From positions 1 to 43,116 of IMG/VR virus record IMGVR_UViG_3300004241_000007: a stretch of DNA of 43,116 bases. One strand, given 5' to 3'. The stretch's first letter is position 1. Each line of letters opens with the position of its first letter. The notes below the pieces were generated by a model. That model made no database searches, was not told the origin of the DNA, and worked only from the letters and a program-made list of their open reading frames with translations. The DNA comes from a virus (Duplodnaviria > Caudoviricetes). The translations under genes were made by a program, and so were the position numbers. Shown one piece after another: positions 36,447-43,116 of the stretch.

Positions 36447-36533
36447 ACAGGACTATTCAACGATGACTATCACTTCCCACCCATAATTTCCCCCAAATTA
36501 AAAATTGTGGTAGTCGTCCTTGAGTAGTTCTGT
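36447..36533 (+). ncRNA. Candidate structured RNA with C-rich loop
   Basis: 26-bp stem with four G-U pairs and one C-C mismatch; loop TTCCCACCCATAATTTCCCCCAAATTAAAAATT. Confidence 0.65.
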
Positions 36534-36560
36534 AAATAAAACCCTAAAAGGAGAAAACTT

Positions 36561-36905
36561 ATGAATTTTGAAAATGAAGATGAAACTCAAGTATTGGCCA
36601 GAATTATTATTGGACTAATGAATAGATTAAACGAAACACAGTTAGAATTGTCACAAGAAGAAGTTGTAATATCGTTTGATAAAGCAATCGCAATCGGGAT
36701 TAACAAAAAAACTGGTGCAACATTAGTAAAAGTGACAAACCATGAAGAAGCAAAAGAGATGAAGGCAAAGGCAAAATTAGAGGAAGTCACAGACGAATTC
36801 CTCGATGGCTTGCTAAGTAAACTAACATCGTTAAATGAATTATTAGAAAGAAAAACAAAAGAAAATGACACAGCAAGAACTACTGAGACAAATAAACTTA
36901 ATTAG
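36561..36905 (+). CDS. Hypothetical protein
   Basis: AAGGAG RBS. Confidence 0.8.
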   Translation: MNFENEDETQVLARIIIGLMNRLNETQLELSQEEVVISFDKAIAIGINKKTGATLVKVTNHEEAKEMKAKAKLEEVTDEFLDGLLSKLTSLNELLERKTKENDTARTTETNKLN

Positions 36906-37422
36906 AATTGGTAGTAAATGGTGTATCAAAAAGAAAAAAGATGCATCGTACTATGTTAACATTGGGACAATGACTTTGCCACCACATGAACACATCAGTG
37001 TAGAGATGGTTTCATTAACTGTTGACAATCTTATGATACACATTTATCATCGTTCTGGTTACACAGGCATGTATAATGTAAGTAGATTTATTGACTTATT
37101 TGAAGAAATCGTATACCCTGACGCAAAATTAAAAGACTTTGTGAATATGCAGGAGCTGTTTAGAGACATCAAAAAAGATTACGGTATAAATCTTAATAGT
37201 TATCGCGACGTTAATTCTAGAACCCTCCAAATTAACCCTGCAACGTTTGAACCTATTATCAATTATATGGAGAAAAACAATCTGGTCGAACCGATTATTT
37301 CTAAAAAAGAAGCTGACTATATTAAACATGGCAAAGGAGCTGAGAGTAAATCATATGGACTACAGAAAAACAATAAAATACCTCATGGACCGAAGGGCAA
37401 GGCTGATTGTTCTATCGGCTAA
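36865..37422 (+). CDS. Hypothetical protein
   Basis: 185-aa ORF in operon context. Confidence 0.7.
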   Translation: MTQQELLRQINLIRIGSKWCIKKKKDASYYVNIGTMTLPPHEHISVEMVSLTVDNLMIHIYHRSGYTGMYNVSRFIDLFEEIVYPDAKLKDFVNMQELFRDIKKDYGINLNSYRDVNSRTLQINPATFEPIINYMEKNNLVEPIISKKEADYIKHGKGAESKSYGLQKNNKIPHGPKGKADCSIG

Positions 37423-37573
37423 AATAGCAAACAACAAAGATTATTTGACAGAATACATCGACTTTCAAGAAGAAATTAGAATATTGGACGCTTTGATTTA
37501 TGAATTAGCTGATGCAGAAAATGCAGAAAAATACAAATCTAAAGTTCATGGCGACCAACTCGGATTGTTATGA
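37355..37573 (+). CDS. Hypothetical protein (start uncertain, 37328 or 37355)
   Basis: Open frame coupled to the next gene by ATGA. Confidence 0.6.
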   Translation: MDYRKTIKYLMDRRARLIVLSAKIANNKDYLTEYIDFQEEIRILDALIYELADAENAEKYKSKVHGDQLGLL

Positions 37574-38085
37574 AAAAATACATATATCTTACGTTTTTAT
37601 TGTTAGCAATGTTATTTCTAGGAGTGATATTAGGAAAAGCACTTGTTGTACAAGAAACAAAAACTGAAATAGTCTATATTGATGCACCAGAAATTGAGTT
37701 TATAGAACATCCGATTTGTTCAGTTAACACATTCAAAAGTTGGATGGATTATAGAAAAATTACTGCACCAAGTTCTGACCAATACAAACTTCAATCTAAA
37801 TCAACTACAAATCAAGTTACTGGAATTAGAGAATACAAAGGTTACTTAATGGTTGCAATGGCATCGATATACGGACCTGTAGGAAGAACATACGAAATAA
37901 CGTTTGAGTCAAACCAAACGATTAATGTAATTATTGGTGATATTAAAGCTGACACAGATTGTGAACATAGTGATGGTTCAATGATTGAGTTTATAGTTGA
38001 TGAGAATATGATTAGAAAAAATGTTATAAATACTGGGAATTTTAATGAAATGTTTGTTGGACAAATTGTGAAAATAAAGGAGTAA
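37570..38085 (+). CDS. Membrane-anchored / secreted phage protein
   Basis: N-terminal TM or signal; FKSWMDY..IT, VAM.S.YG and IIGDIKAD blocks. Confidence 0.8.
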   Translation: MKKYIYLTFLLLAMLFLGVILGKALVVQETKTEIVYIDAPEIEFIEHPICSVNTFKSWMDYRKITAPSSDQYKLQSKSTTNQVTGIREYKGYLMVAMASIYGPVGRTYEITFESNQTINVIIGDIKADTDCEHSDGSMIEFIVDENMIRKNVINTGNFNEMFVGQIVKIKE

Positions 38086-38089
38086 ACTT

Positions 38090-38407
38090 ATGCCAAAAGA
38101 ATTAGAAATTATAAAACTACGCGATTTATTAATAAAACATAATATCGCGCACGAGTATGAAGATGAGATGACAAACAAGGGAGATTTTATGTTCGGTCTT
38201 GGTGCAAGAAAACATATCGAAATTTACGAAGGTGAAACTAGAGTAATAAGTGTAATTTATGGTGAAGGCACGTACGGTTATCGAAATGGTTTATTAGAAA
38301 TCATGGGCTTATTAACACCTGACGAAGAAGAAAATGACTCTGTTGTGGGTTATCTAACAGCTGCTAACGTGTTTAACAGAATTAGAAAGTACTACACGTT
38401 GATATAA
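38090..38407 (+). CDS. Conserved hypothetical phage protein
   Basis: SVI...GTYG...GLLEIMGL...DSV.GYLTA; AAGGAG RBS. Confidence 0.82.
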   Translation: MPKELEIIKLRDLLIKHNIAHEYEDEMTNKGDFMFGLGARKHIEIYEGETRVISVIYGEGTYGYRNGLLEIMGLLTPDEEENDSVVGYLTAANVFNRIRKYYTLI

Positions 38408-38410
38408 TTT

Positions 38411-38641
38411 ATGAAAGAATTTAAACTTAACGACCATGTATTAATCACACTTTACGACGGTGGTGAGTTTCACTTCCATAAAGGAAAAGTTGCAGGGTAT
38501 AGTCAAGCACTAGACCTCTATCATGTTGATTGTGTTAAAGTTGAAATCATGAGTGATATGACAGAGTCGAAGATTGAAAAATATAGACTTAATGTCAAAC
38601 CGAATAATATGAAGTTAGAAAGAGGTAAACGTAGATTATGA
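38411..38641 (+). CDS. Hypothetical protein (possibly SH3-like)
   Basis: FKLNDHV....GKV pattern. Confidence 0.7.
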   Translation: MKEFKLNDHVLITLYDGGEFHFHKGKVAGYSQALDLYHVDCVKVEIMSDMTESKIEKYRLNVKPNNMKLERGKRRL

Positions 38642-38847
38642 TAATTAAAATATTAAGGGCATTACAAAACAAAGAAGACATTGAACTCAAAAACATTAAC
38701 GGGCAATATGTATTGGTGACAAAAACAGAAAAAATAATTTCCGGCAAAAAGGACATTTACCTGTTCAATAAGGCATTACATGTTGTAATTAATGCACTAC
38801 AATTCGATGTGGAGGACGAGCTATCAAATGGACCACACTATGACTGA
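38638..38847 (+). CDS. Hypothetical protein
   Basis: GAGGT RBS, ATGA overlap. Confidence 0.7.
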   Translation: MIIKILRALQNKEDIELKNINGQYVLVTKTEKIISGKKDIYLFNKALHVVINALQFDVEDELSNGPHYD

Positions 38848-39016
38848 ATACGAAATTTCTGCTTTGTATAAAATCTATCATGACGAAGAATACTACAACA
38901 TATGTGAGTTTGGTAAATTCGTAGAATGGTACACTGCAAAAGAAGGCAGAAAATTACAAAACGAAAGATTAAACGCTGAGAATAAAAAACAAAAATTCTT
39001 TGGTGACCCAGAATAA
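38828..39016 (+). CDS. Hypothetical protein (start 38828 or 38840)
   Basis: Last ORF before a terminator. Confidence 0.6.
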   Translation: MDHTMTEYEISALYKIYHDEEYYNICEFGKFVEWYTAKEGRKLQNERLNAENKKQKFFGDPE

Positions 39017-39041
39017 AACCTCGATAATGTCGGGGTTTTTT
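39015..39041 (+). terminator. Intrinsic terminator
   Basis: AAAACCTCGA / TCGGGGTTTT stem plus T-tract. Confidence 0.85.
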
Positions 39042-39061
39042 CTAGAAATAATTGAAAACTT

Positions 39062-39074
39062 CTCGAGTAATGCA
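39062..39074 (+). repeat. Third CTCGAGTAATGCA element (right arm degenerate)
   Basis: Exact 13-mer match to 306-318 and 42935-42947. Confidence 0.8.
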
Positions 39075-39351
39075 ACTTTTTCTTCGAAAAATCTTGCCAG
39101 AAAATGAAAAACTAGGAAAAATAATGAGTCAAATGTAACAAAATGTAAGATTTTGAGTCAAATGTAACTTATTACATGACAAGTGTACACATTTTTGTAC
39201 AGTTTTGTCAGAGTCAGTTTAAACGCGATAGCTTAATTTTACAAATAGTTAATATTTTACTATTAGCTTATAGCAGAATGTTCAACCTGACACATCTGGT
39301 GAACTCAATTTTTTTGGGCAAAAAATAAAAAAATTATTTTTAACAAAAGCG

Positions 39352-39380
39352 TTTACAAATAGTTAATTATAATATATAAT
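39352..39380 (+). promoter_or_regulatory. Early promoter P9
   Basis: TTTACA-AATAGTTAATTATAATA-TATAAT, same core as P3. Confidence 0.88.
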
Positions 39381-39414
39381 GTATATATAACCTAAACAGG
39401 TTGTGGAGGAAATT

Positions 39415-39957
39415 ATGGAAAAAGCATTTATAGCATTTGAAAAAGTTCGTCAATCAGGTGTAACCAATATGTATGACAGGACGTATGTTTGCTCATTGGC
39501 AGGTATTACAGTTGAGGAATATCATTATATTTTAGAAAATTACACGGAATTATTAAACCAATTTAATGAACAGTTAAAATCAGAAGAAACTAAATTTGAA
39601 TTAAGTGATAAAGAAAAATTTATGTCGGCATATGATGATGTAAAAGAATTAGAAGTTCGATATGGTTTGGATTATGATATTGTTGAAAATGGTGTATCAA
39701 TGAAACGATATTATGATGACTCTGACAAATTGATTTTATCAAAAGGTGTAAATCACATGGACAAATTTTTAGAGTTCTGTGATGATAATGAAATTAAAGA
39801 ATTTTATATCACAAATAAAATGATGGACGAAGAGGCCACAAATATTCTTAGTTGTGTTGCGCTTAATGATCAGTATAATTTTAGTGGTACAGAATTCGAA
39901 AGATTAGGACAACTTACAGAATTATTGTTCAAATTTAGTATCAAGGAGGTGGCATAA
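39415..39957 (+). CDS. Acidic early protein with N-terminal DUF5049-like domain
   Basis: VRQSGVTNMYD...V and I.ENY..L motifs; GGAGGAAATTATG start. Confidence 0.8.
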   Translation: MEKAFIAFEKVRQSGVTNMYDRTYVCSLAGITVEEYHYILENYTELLNQFNEQLKSEETKFELSDKEKFMSAYDDVKELEVRYGLDYDIVENGVSMKRYYDDSDKLILSKGVNHMDKFLEFCDDNEIKEFYITNKMMDEEATNILSCVALNDQYNFSGTEFERLGQLTELLFKFSIKEVA

Positions 39958-40262
39958 TGGCTAAGTGGAATTATGTCGAAGAAGAAGGTAAAACATTAAG
40001 AAAATTAATTGACGGCAATAATCATGTTGAAATATTAAAACTCATTCATAAAATTGCAGAAAAATATTCAAAAATCACATTTGATGAAGAAGAATTTTGC
40101 AACGGTTTTGGAGAATTGGCAATGTTGATTGATGGTGAATGGTTGTATAAAGATGAAGAATTGGCTGATTATAATTGGGCAAGTTGGGATGAACTAATTG
40201 ATAGTAGGTTATATGACCTATATAATGCATGTGACAGTTACAGGGTGTTTTTATCACTATGA
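39957..40262 (+). CDS. Acidic hypothetical protein
   Basis: AAGGAGG RBS; D/E-rich. Confidence 0.82.
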   Translation: MAKWNYVEEEGKTLRKLIDGNNHVEILKLIHKIAEKYSKITFDEEEFCNGFGELAMLIDGEWLYKDEELADYNWASWDELIDSRLYDLYNACDSYRVFLSL

Positions 40263-40486
40263 CACCATTTCAATTCTTCGTAATTGTATTTTGTCTCACA
40301 TTGATATTTCTTACATTCAAAAAATATGGCGTCAAAGAAACAATGTTTGCCGAACAAATTGGTCATTGCCCAAAATGTAAAGTTGAACTAACCTCAGTTG
40401 ACCTGAAGTTACATTCTTGTCCAAGGTGTAATGGTCCTATATATAAACAAAATATCTTGTGGATAGAACGTCGAGAAAGAAGTTGA
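40259..40486 (+). CDS. Small membrane-anchored zinc-ribbon protein
   Basis: N-terminal TM; CPKC...CPRC. Confidence 0.72.
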   Translation: MTPFQFFVIVFCLTLIFLTFKKYGVKETMFAEQIGHCPKCKVELTSVDLKLHSCPRCNGPIYKQNILWIERRERS

Positions 40487-40505
40487 AAAAACTTCTTTTT
40501 CTTTT
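40476..40505 (+). terminator. Probable terminator
   Basis: AAAGAAGTT / AACTTCTTT stem followed by a T-rich tract. Confidence 0.6.
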
Positions 40506-40515
40506 AACAAAAGCG

Positions 40516-40544
40516 TTTACAAATAGTTAATTATATGTTATACT
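40516..40544 (+). promoter_or_regulatory. Early promoter P10
   Basis: TTTACA-AATAGTTAA...TG-n-TATACT, 17-bp spacer. Confidence 0.88.
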
Positions 40545-40580
40545 ATATATATAAGGAAGATGACTTCCTCGGAGGAAATT

Positions 40581-41882
40581 ATGGAAGAAAAAACAATTTG
40601 CTATTTACATTCTCATGGATTGAAGTTAGTTAAAAACGAAAAAACTTATATGTTGATAAATAGCAACGATTATGTACGAACTTTCGATTTATCAAAAAAA
40701 TCTTGGAAGTCAGACGGAGAAGCTAAGTATCTAAAAGAAACTACTAAAATCAAAATTATCGATGAGCTTCGTGCTTGGGCAAGAAACAGAACTGAAGTTG
40801 CTGAGTTTATAACTTGGTATGATGGAAGAACTTTCGAAGAAGAAGGCGAAGAAAAACCTAGTCCAAAAGCTGAAGCTAAAACTGAAGTTGTAGTTCTTGA
40901 TAATTCAGAAGTTGTTAACCAACTTAAGGAATTAACTTCAATGTTAAAAGCTCAATCTCAACGCAATCCATTTGAACAGGCAATGTTGGAAGGAATTATT
41001 GAAAAAGGGAAAGAATTGGCAACTGAAGAATTACGAGTTGAACTTACTTCTCATTTAAAATCATTCGTAGAAAAATCTTACGGTGTACTTCCAAAAGTTA
41101 TTGAAATAAAACAAGGTGACTCACGCAAAGAAATGCAAGGAAACTTCCATAATTTGTTTGATAAAATCATTAAAGTTGTTTCTGCAAAAATTCCACTAAT
41201 GTTGGTCGGTCCTGCTGGTTCAGGAAAAAATCATACTTTGGAACAAGTAGCTGAAGCTCTAAGTTTGGACTTTTATTTCTCAAATGCCATCACTCAAGAA
41301 TACAAATTAACTGGCTTCATTGATGCACATGGAAAATTTCAAGAAACTGAGTTCTTCAAAGCTTTCTCAAAAGGTGGTTTATTCTTCTTTGATGAAATTG
41401 ATGCATCATCACCTGAGTCACTTATAGTTGTTAATGCCGCTTTGGCAAATGGTTACTTTGATTTTCCAAATGGTAGAATTAATGCACATGAAAATTTCAG
41501 AGTTGTGGCTGCTGCAAACACATTCGGTCATGGTGCCGATATGATATACATTGGTCGTAACCAACTTGATGCGGCGACACTTGACAGATTTGCAGTTATG
41601 ACATTTGAATATGATGCTGAAATTGAAAAAGCACTTGCATTTGATACTGATTTATATGACTTCATATTTGACCTAAGACGTGCAATTAATAGAAGAGGCC
41701 TAAGATATGTAATTTCTATGAGAGCAACTATCAATGCCACAAAAATGTTGAATGCCGATATGGACAAATTAACAATTGTCAAATCAGTTATTACAAAAGC
41801 TATGTCAAAAGATGATGTAAATTCCATCATAAATGAATTAAAAATTGACAATGAATGGACTAAACTACTTCGTAAAGTATAA
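40581..41882 (+). CDS. MoxR/CobS-like AAA+ ATPase
   Basis: GPAGSGKN, FFFDEID, F...AANT.G.G and RNQLDAATLDRF motifs. Confidence 0.9.
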   Translation: MEEKTICYLHSHGLKLVKNEKTYMLINSNDYVRTFDLSKKSWKSDGEAKYLKETTKIKIIDELRAWARNRTEVAEFITWYDGRTFEEEGEEKPSPKAEAKTEVVVLDNSEVVNQLKELTSMLKAQSQRNPFEQAMLEGIIEKGKELATEELRVELTSHLKSFVEKSYGVLPKVIEIKQGDSRKEMQGNFHNLFDKIIKVVSAKIPLMLVGPAGSGKNHTLEQVAEALSLDFYFSNAITQEYKLTGFIDAHGKFQETEFFKAFSKGGLFFFDEIDASSPESLIVVNAALANGYFDFPNGRINAHENFRVVAAANTFGHGADMIYIGRNQLDAATLDRFAVMTFEYDAEIEKALAFDTDLYDFIFDLRRAINRRGLRYVISMRATINATKMLNADMDKLTIVKSVITKAMSKDDVNSIINELKIDNEWTKLLRKV

Positions 41883-41888
41883 AAACTG

Positions 41889-41917
41889 AATACACCGTCT
41901 AAAAAGCGGTGTATTTT
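41889..41917 (+). terminator. Probable terminator
   Basis: AATACACCG / CGGTGTATT stem. Confidence 0.7.
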
Positions 41918-42059
41918 CCTAGATGAGTGTGATAGAACGCGATAGTTAAACGAAAAATTAGGCATGTATTTTCCTATTAACTATTTGTAAACAATCAACA
42001 TGACTCATCTATGACAAAAAAATTTTTCAAAACTTATTAAAAAATAGTTAAAATAAACG

Positions 42060-42088
42060 TTTACAAGTAGTTAACACTATGATATAAT
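42060..42088 (+). promoter_or_regulatory. Early promoter P11
   Basis: TTTACA-AGTAGTTAA...TG-n-TATAAT; leader GAATATATACAAAGGAGGAAGATATG identical to P8. Confidence 0.88.
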
Positions 42089-42111
42089 GAATATATACAA
42101 AGGAGGAAGAT

Positions 42112-42927
42112 ATGTTAACAAACAACACGGCAAAATTTAACTTCACTTATTTCGGTTCTGTCAACGAGATGATGGGTTATATGACAACCGAAAAAGATTA
42201 TGACTCTGGCCGAGGTACCTCATCTCATAAGTCCGGCGACGAAGATTATTATGGTGATAATGGTTGGGATGATGCTGTTGAAAAAATCACTTACGGTGAT
42301 GAAAAACTAAGAAAATTCATTGACTCAAAAATGATTTCGATTAGTGAAATTAACACATTGGCAAATAAAATCAAAACCACATATTCACTTGATGTTGTTG
42401 GTGCTGTACCTCATGTCCCAAATGCAATATTGAATATTCCACAAAACATGATTAAAGTAACCAGACGTCAGGTCAAAAACAAAATTCTAAATATCTTCAT
42501 TTCTATCTCAGCCCATTGTGGAATTTCACAAACTGAGATTAAAGAAAATGCCGCAAAATGTGCAGCTGCCGTAAATCTTTTGGAACAGGAAGGTTACCGG
42601 TGTAATGTACTTTCTGGGTCATTCGCCGAACTGGACGGAAAAACCGTGGGTTATGTCACAAAAATCAAAAGTGACAAGGAACCGTTAAACTTGGCAATGA
42701 TGGCATATCCAATGGCAAGTCCTGGGATGTTGAGAAGATTTGGCCTTAGGTTCTTTGAAACTACACCAATTGATTTCACCCATTCTGGTTATGGAACACC
42801 TATGGACAATCATGACGCAATCAAGAAAATTCTTAAGGAAAATTTGAACATTGACAATCCATTTGTTTTCTCAGTTTCCAAGAATAGTGGCAAAGTGGAG
42901 GACATAGCAAATACATTTAAATTCTGA
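42112..42927 (+). CDS. vWA-like partner of the AAA+ ATPase
   Basis: DVVG..P.VP..I..IP.NM; beta strand NIFISIS..; LEQEGY; P.MLRR.G; GYG.P; follows a MoxR-type ATPase. Confidence 0.65.
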   Translation: MLTNNTAKFNFTYFGSVNEMMGYMTTEKDYDSGRGTSSHKSGDEDYYGDNGWDDAVEKITYGDEKLRKFIDSKMISISEINTLANKIKTTYSLDVVGAVPHVPNAILNIPQNMIKVTRRQVKNKILNIFISISAHCGISQTEIKENAAKCAAAVNLLEQEGYRCNVLSGSFAELDGKTVGYVTKIKSDKEPLNLAMMAYPMASPGMLRRFGLRFFETTPIDFTHSGYGTPMDNHDAIKKILKENLNIDNPFVFSVSKNSGKVEDIANTFKF

Positions 42928-42934
42928 AAAATGT

Positions 42935-42961
42935 CTCGAGTAATGCATCTTGTTACTCGAG
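42935..42961 (+). terminator. Fourth conserved post-gene hairpin
   Basis: CTCGAGTAA-TGCATCTTG-TTACTCGAG perfect 9-bp stem. Confidence 0.65.
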
Positions 42962-43056
42962 TATTTCCCCTAGAAAATGAAAAAGCCCTAAATGTAAAAT
43001 CTTACATTTGAATGTAAAATCTTACAACAATGTAACAAATCTAACTCAAATTTTCA

Positions 43057-43116
43057 TAAAAAACTTTAGTCAAAAGCGTTTACATATAGTTACTATTATG
43101 GTATACTATATATATA
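43057..43116. repeat. 60-bp direct terminal repeat, right copy
   Basis: Identical to 1-60. Confidence 0.95.

Noticed and set aside
36470-36495. Minus-strand minigene GGGGG-AAATT-ATG GGT GGG AAG TGA inside the hairpin
   Set aside because: No minus-strand promoter seen, and the stem's G-U pairs only form on the + strand; kept as a less likely alternative to the sRNA model.
324-41965. Minus-strand and nested ORFs in the supplied track (e.g. 324-530, 2763-2954, 4394-4723, 13084-13452, 23350-23796, 41528-41965)
   Set aside because: They are antisense shadows of + strand genes or translations of low-complexity repeats, without evident RBS or recognisable motifs.
1-43116. tRNA, rRNA, intron, intein or IS elements
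   Set aside because: No cloverleaf, split gene, homing endonuclease or transposase recognised by eye; a covariance-model scan would be needed to exclude them fully.

Overview
The window is an apparently complete, AT-rich tailed-phage genome of about 43 kb with siphovirus-type morphogenesis genes. Bases 1-60 recur exactly at 43057-43116, consistent with a circular assembly. All credible genes lie on the + strand. Sigma-A-type promoters, GGAGG RBSs and an M23-like endolysin point to a Firmicutes host. I recognised no integrase or lysogeny switch. Gene order: early single-gene cassettes (39.4 kb through the junction to 2.0 kb); a 950-bp non-coding repeat region; packaging, head and tail genes (2.9-21.1 kb); lysis (21.1-22.5 kb); recombination and replication genes (22.7-31.2 kb, including a family B polymerase); a five-gene nucleotide-metabolism block; and a P4/D5-type primase-helicase. 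The most interesting observations are: (1) an operon of deoxyribosyltransferase, HD hydrolase, dNMP kinase, ThyX-like enzyme and dUTPase wedged between polymerase and primase, whose ThyX has lost most canonical folate- and dUMP-contacting residues, making it a candidate new DNA base-modification pathway; (2) an intergenic G-U-rich hairpin whose C-rich loop is complementary to the GGAGGAAATTATG start shared by the phage's own early genes, a candidate early-gene shut-off sRNA; (3) two inverted-iteron elements with identical geometry about half a genome apart; (4) a helically phased TGTAA-N4-TTACA array upstream of terS; (5) modular early cassettes built from promoter, 5' hairpin, gene and a conserved 3' hairpin. 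Protein calls come from motif recognition by eye, not database searches.
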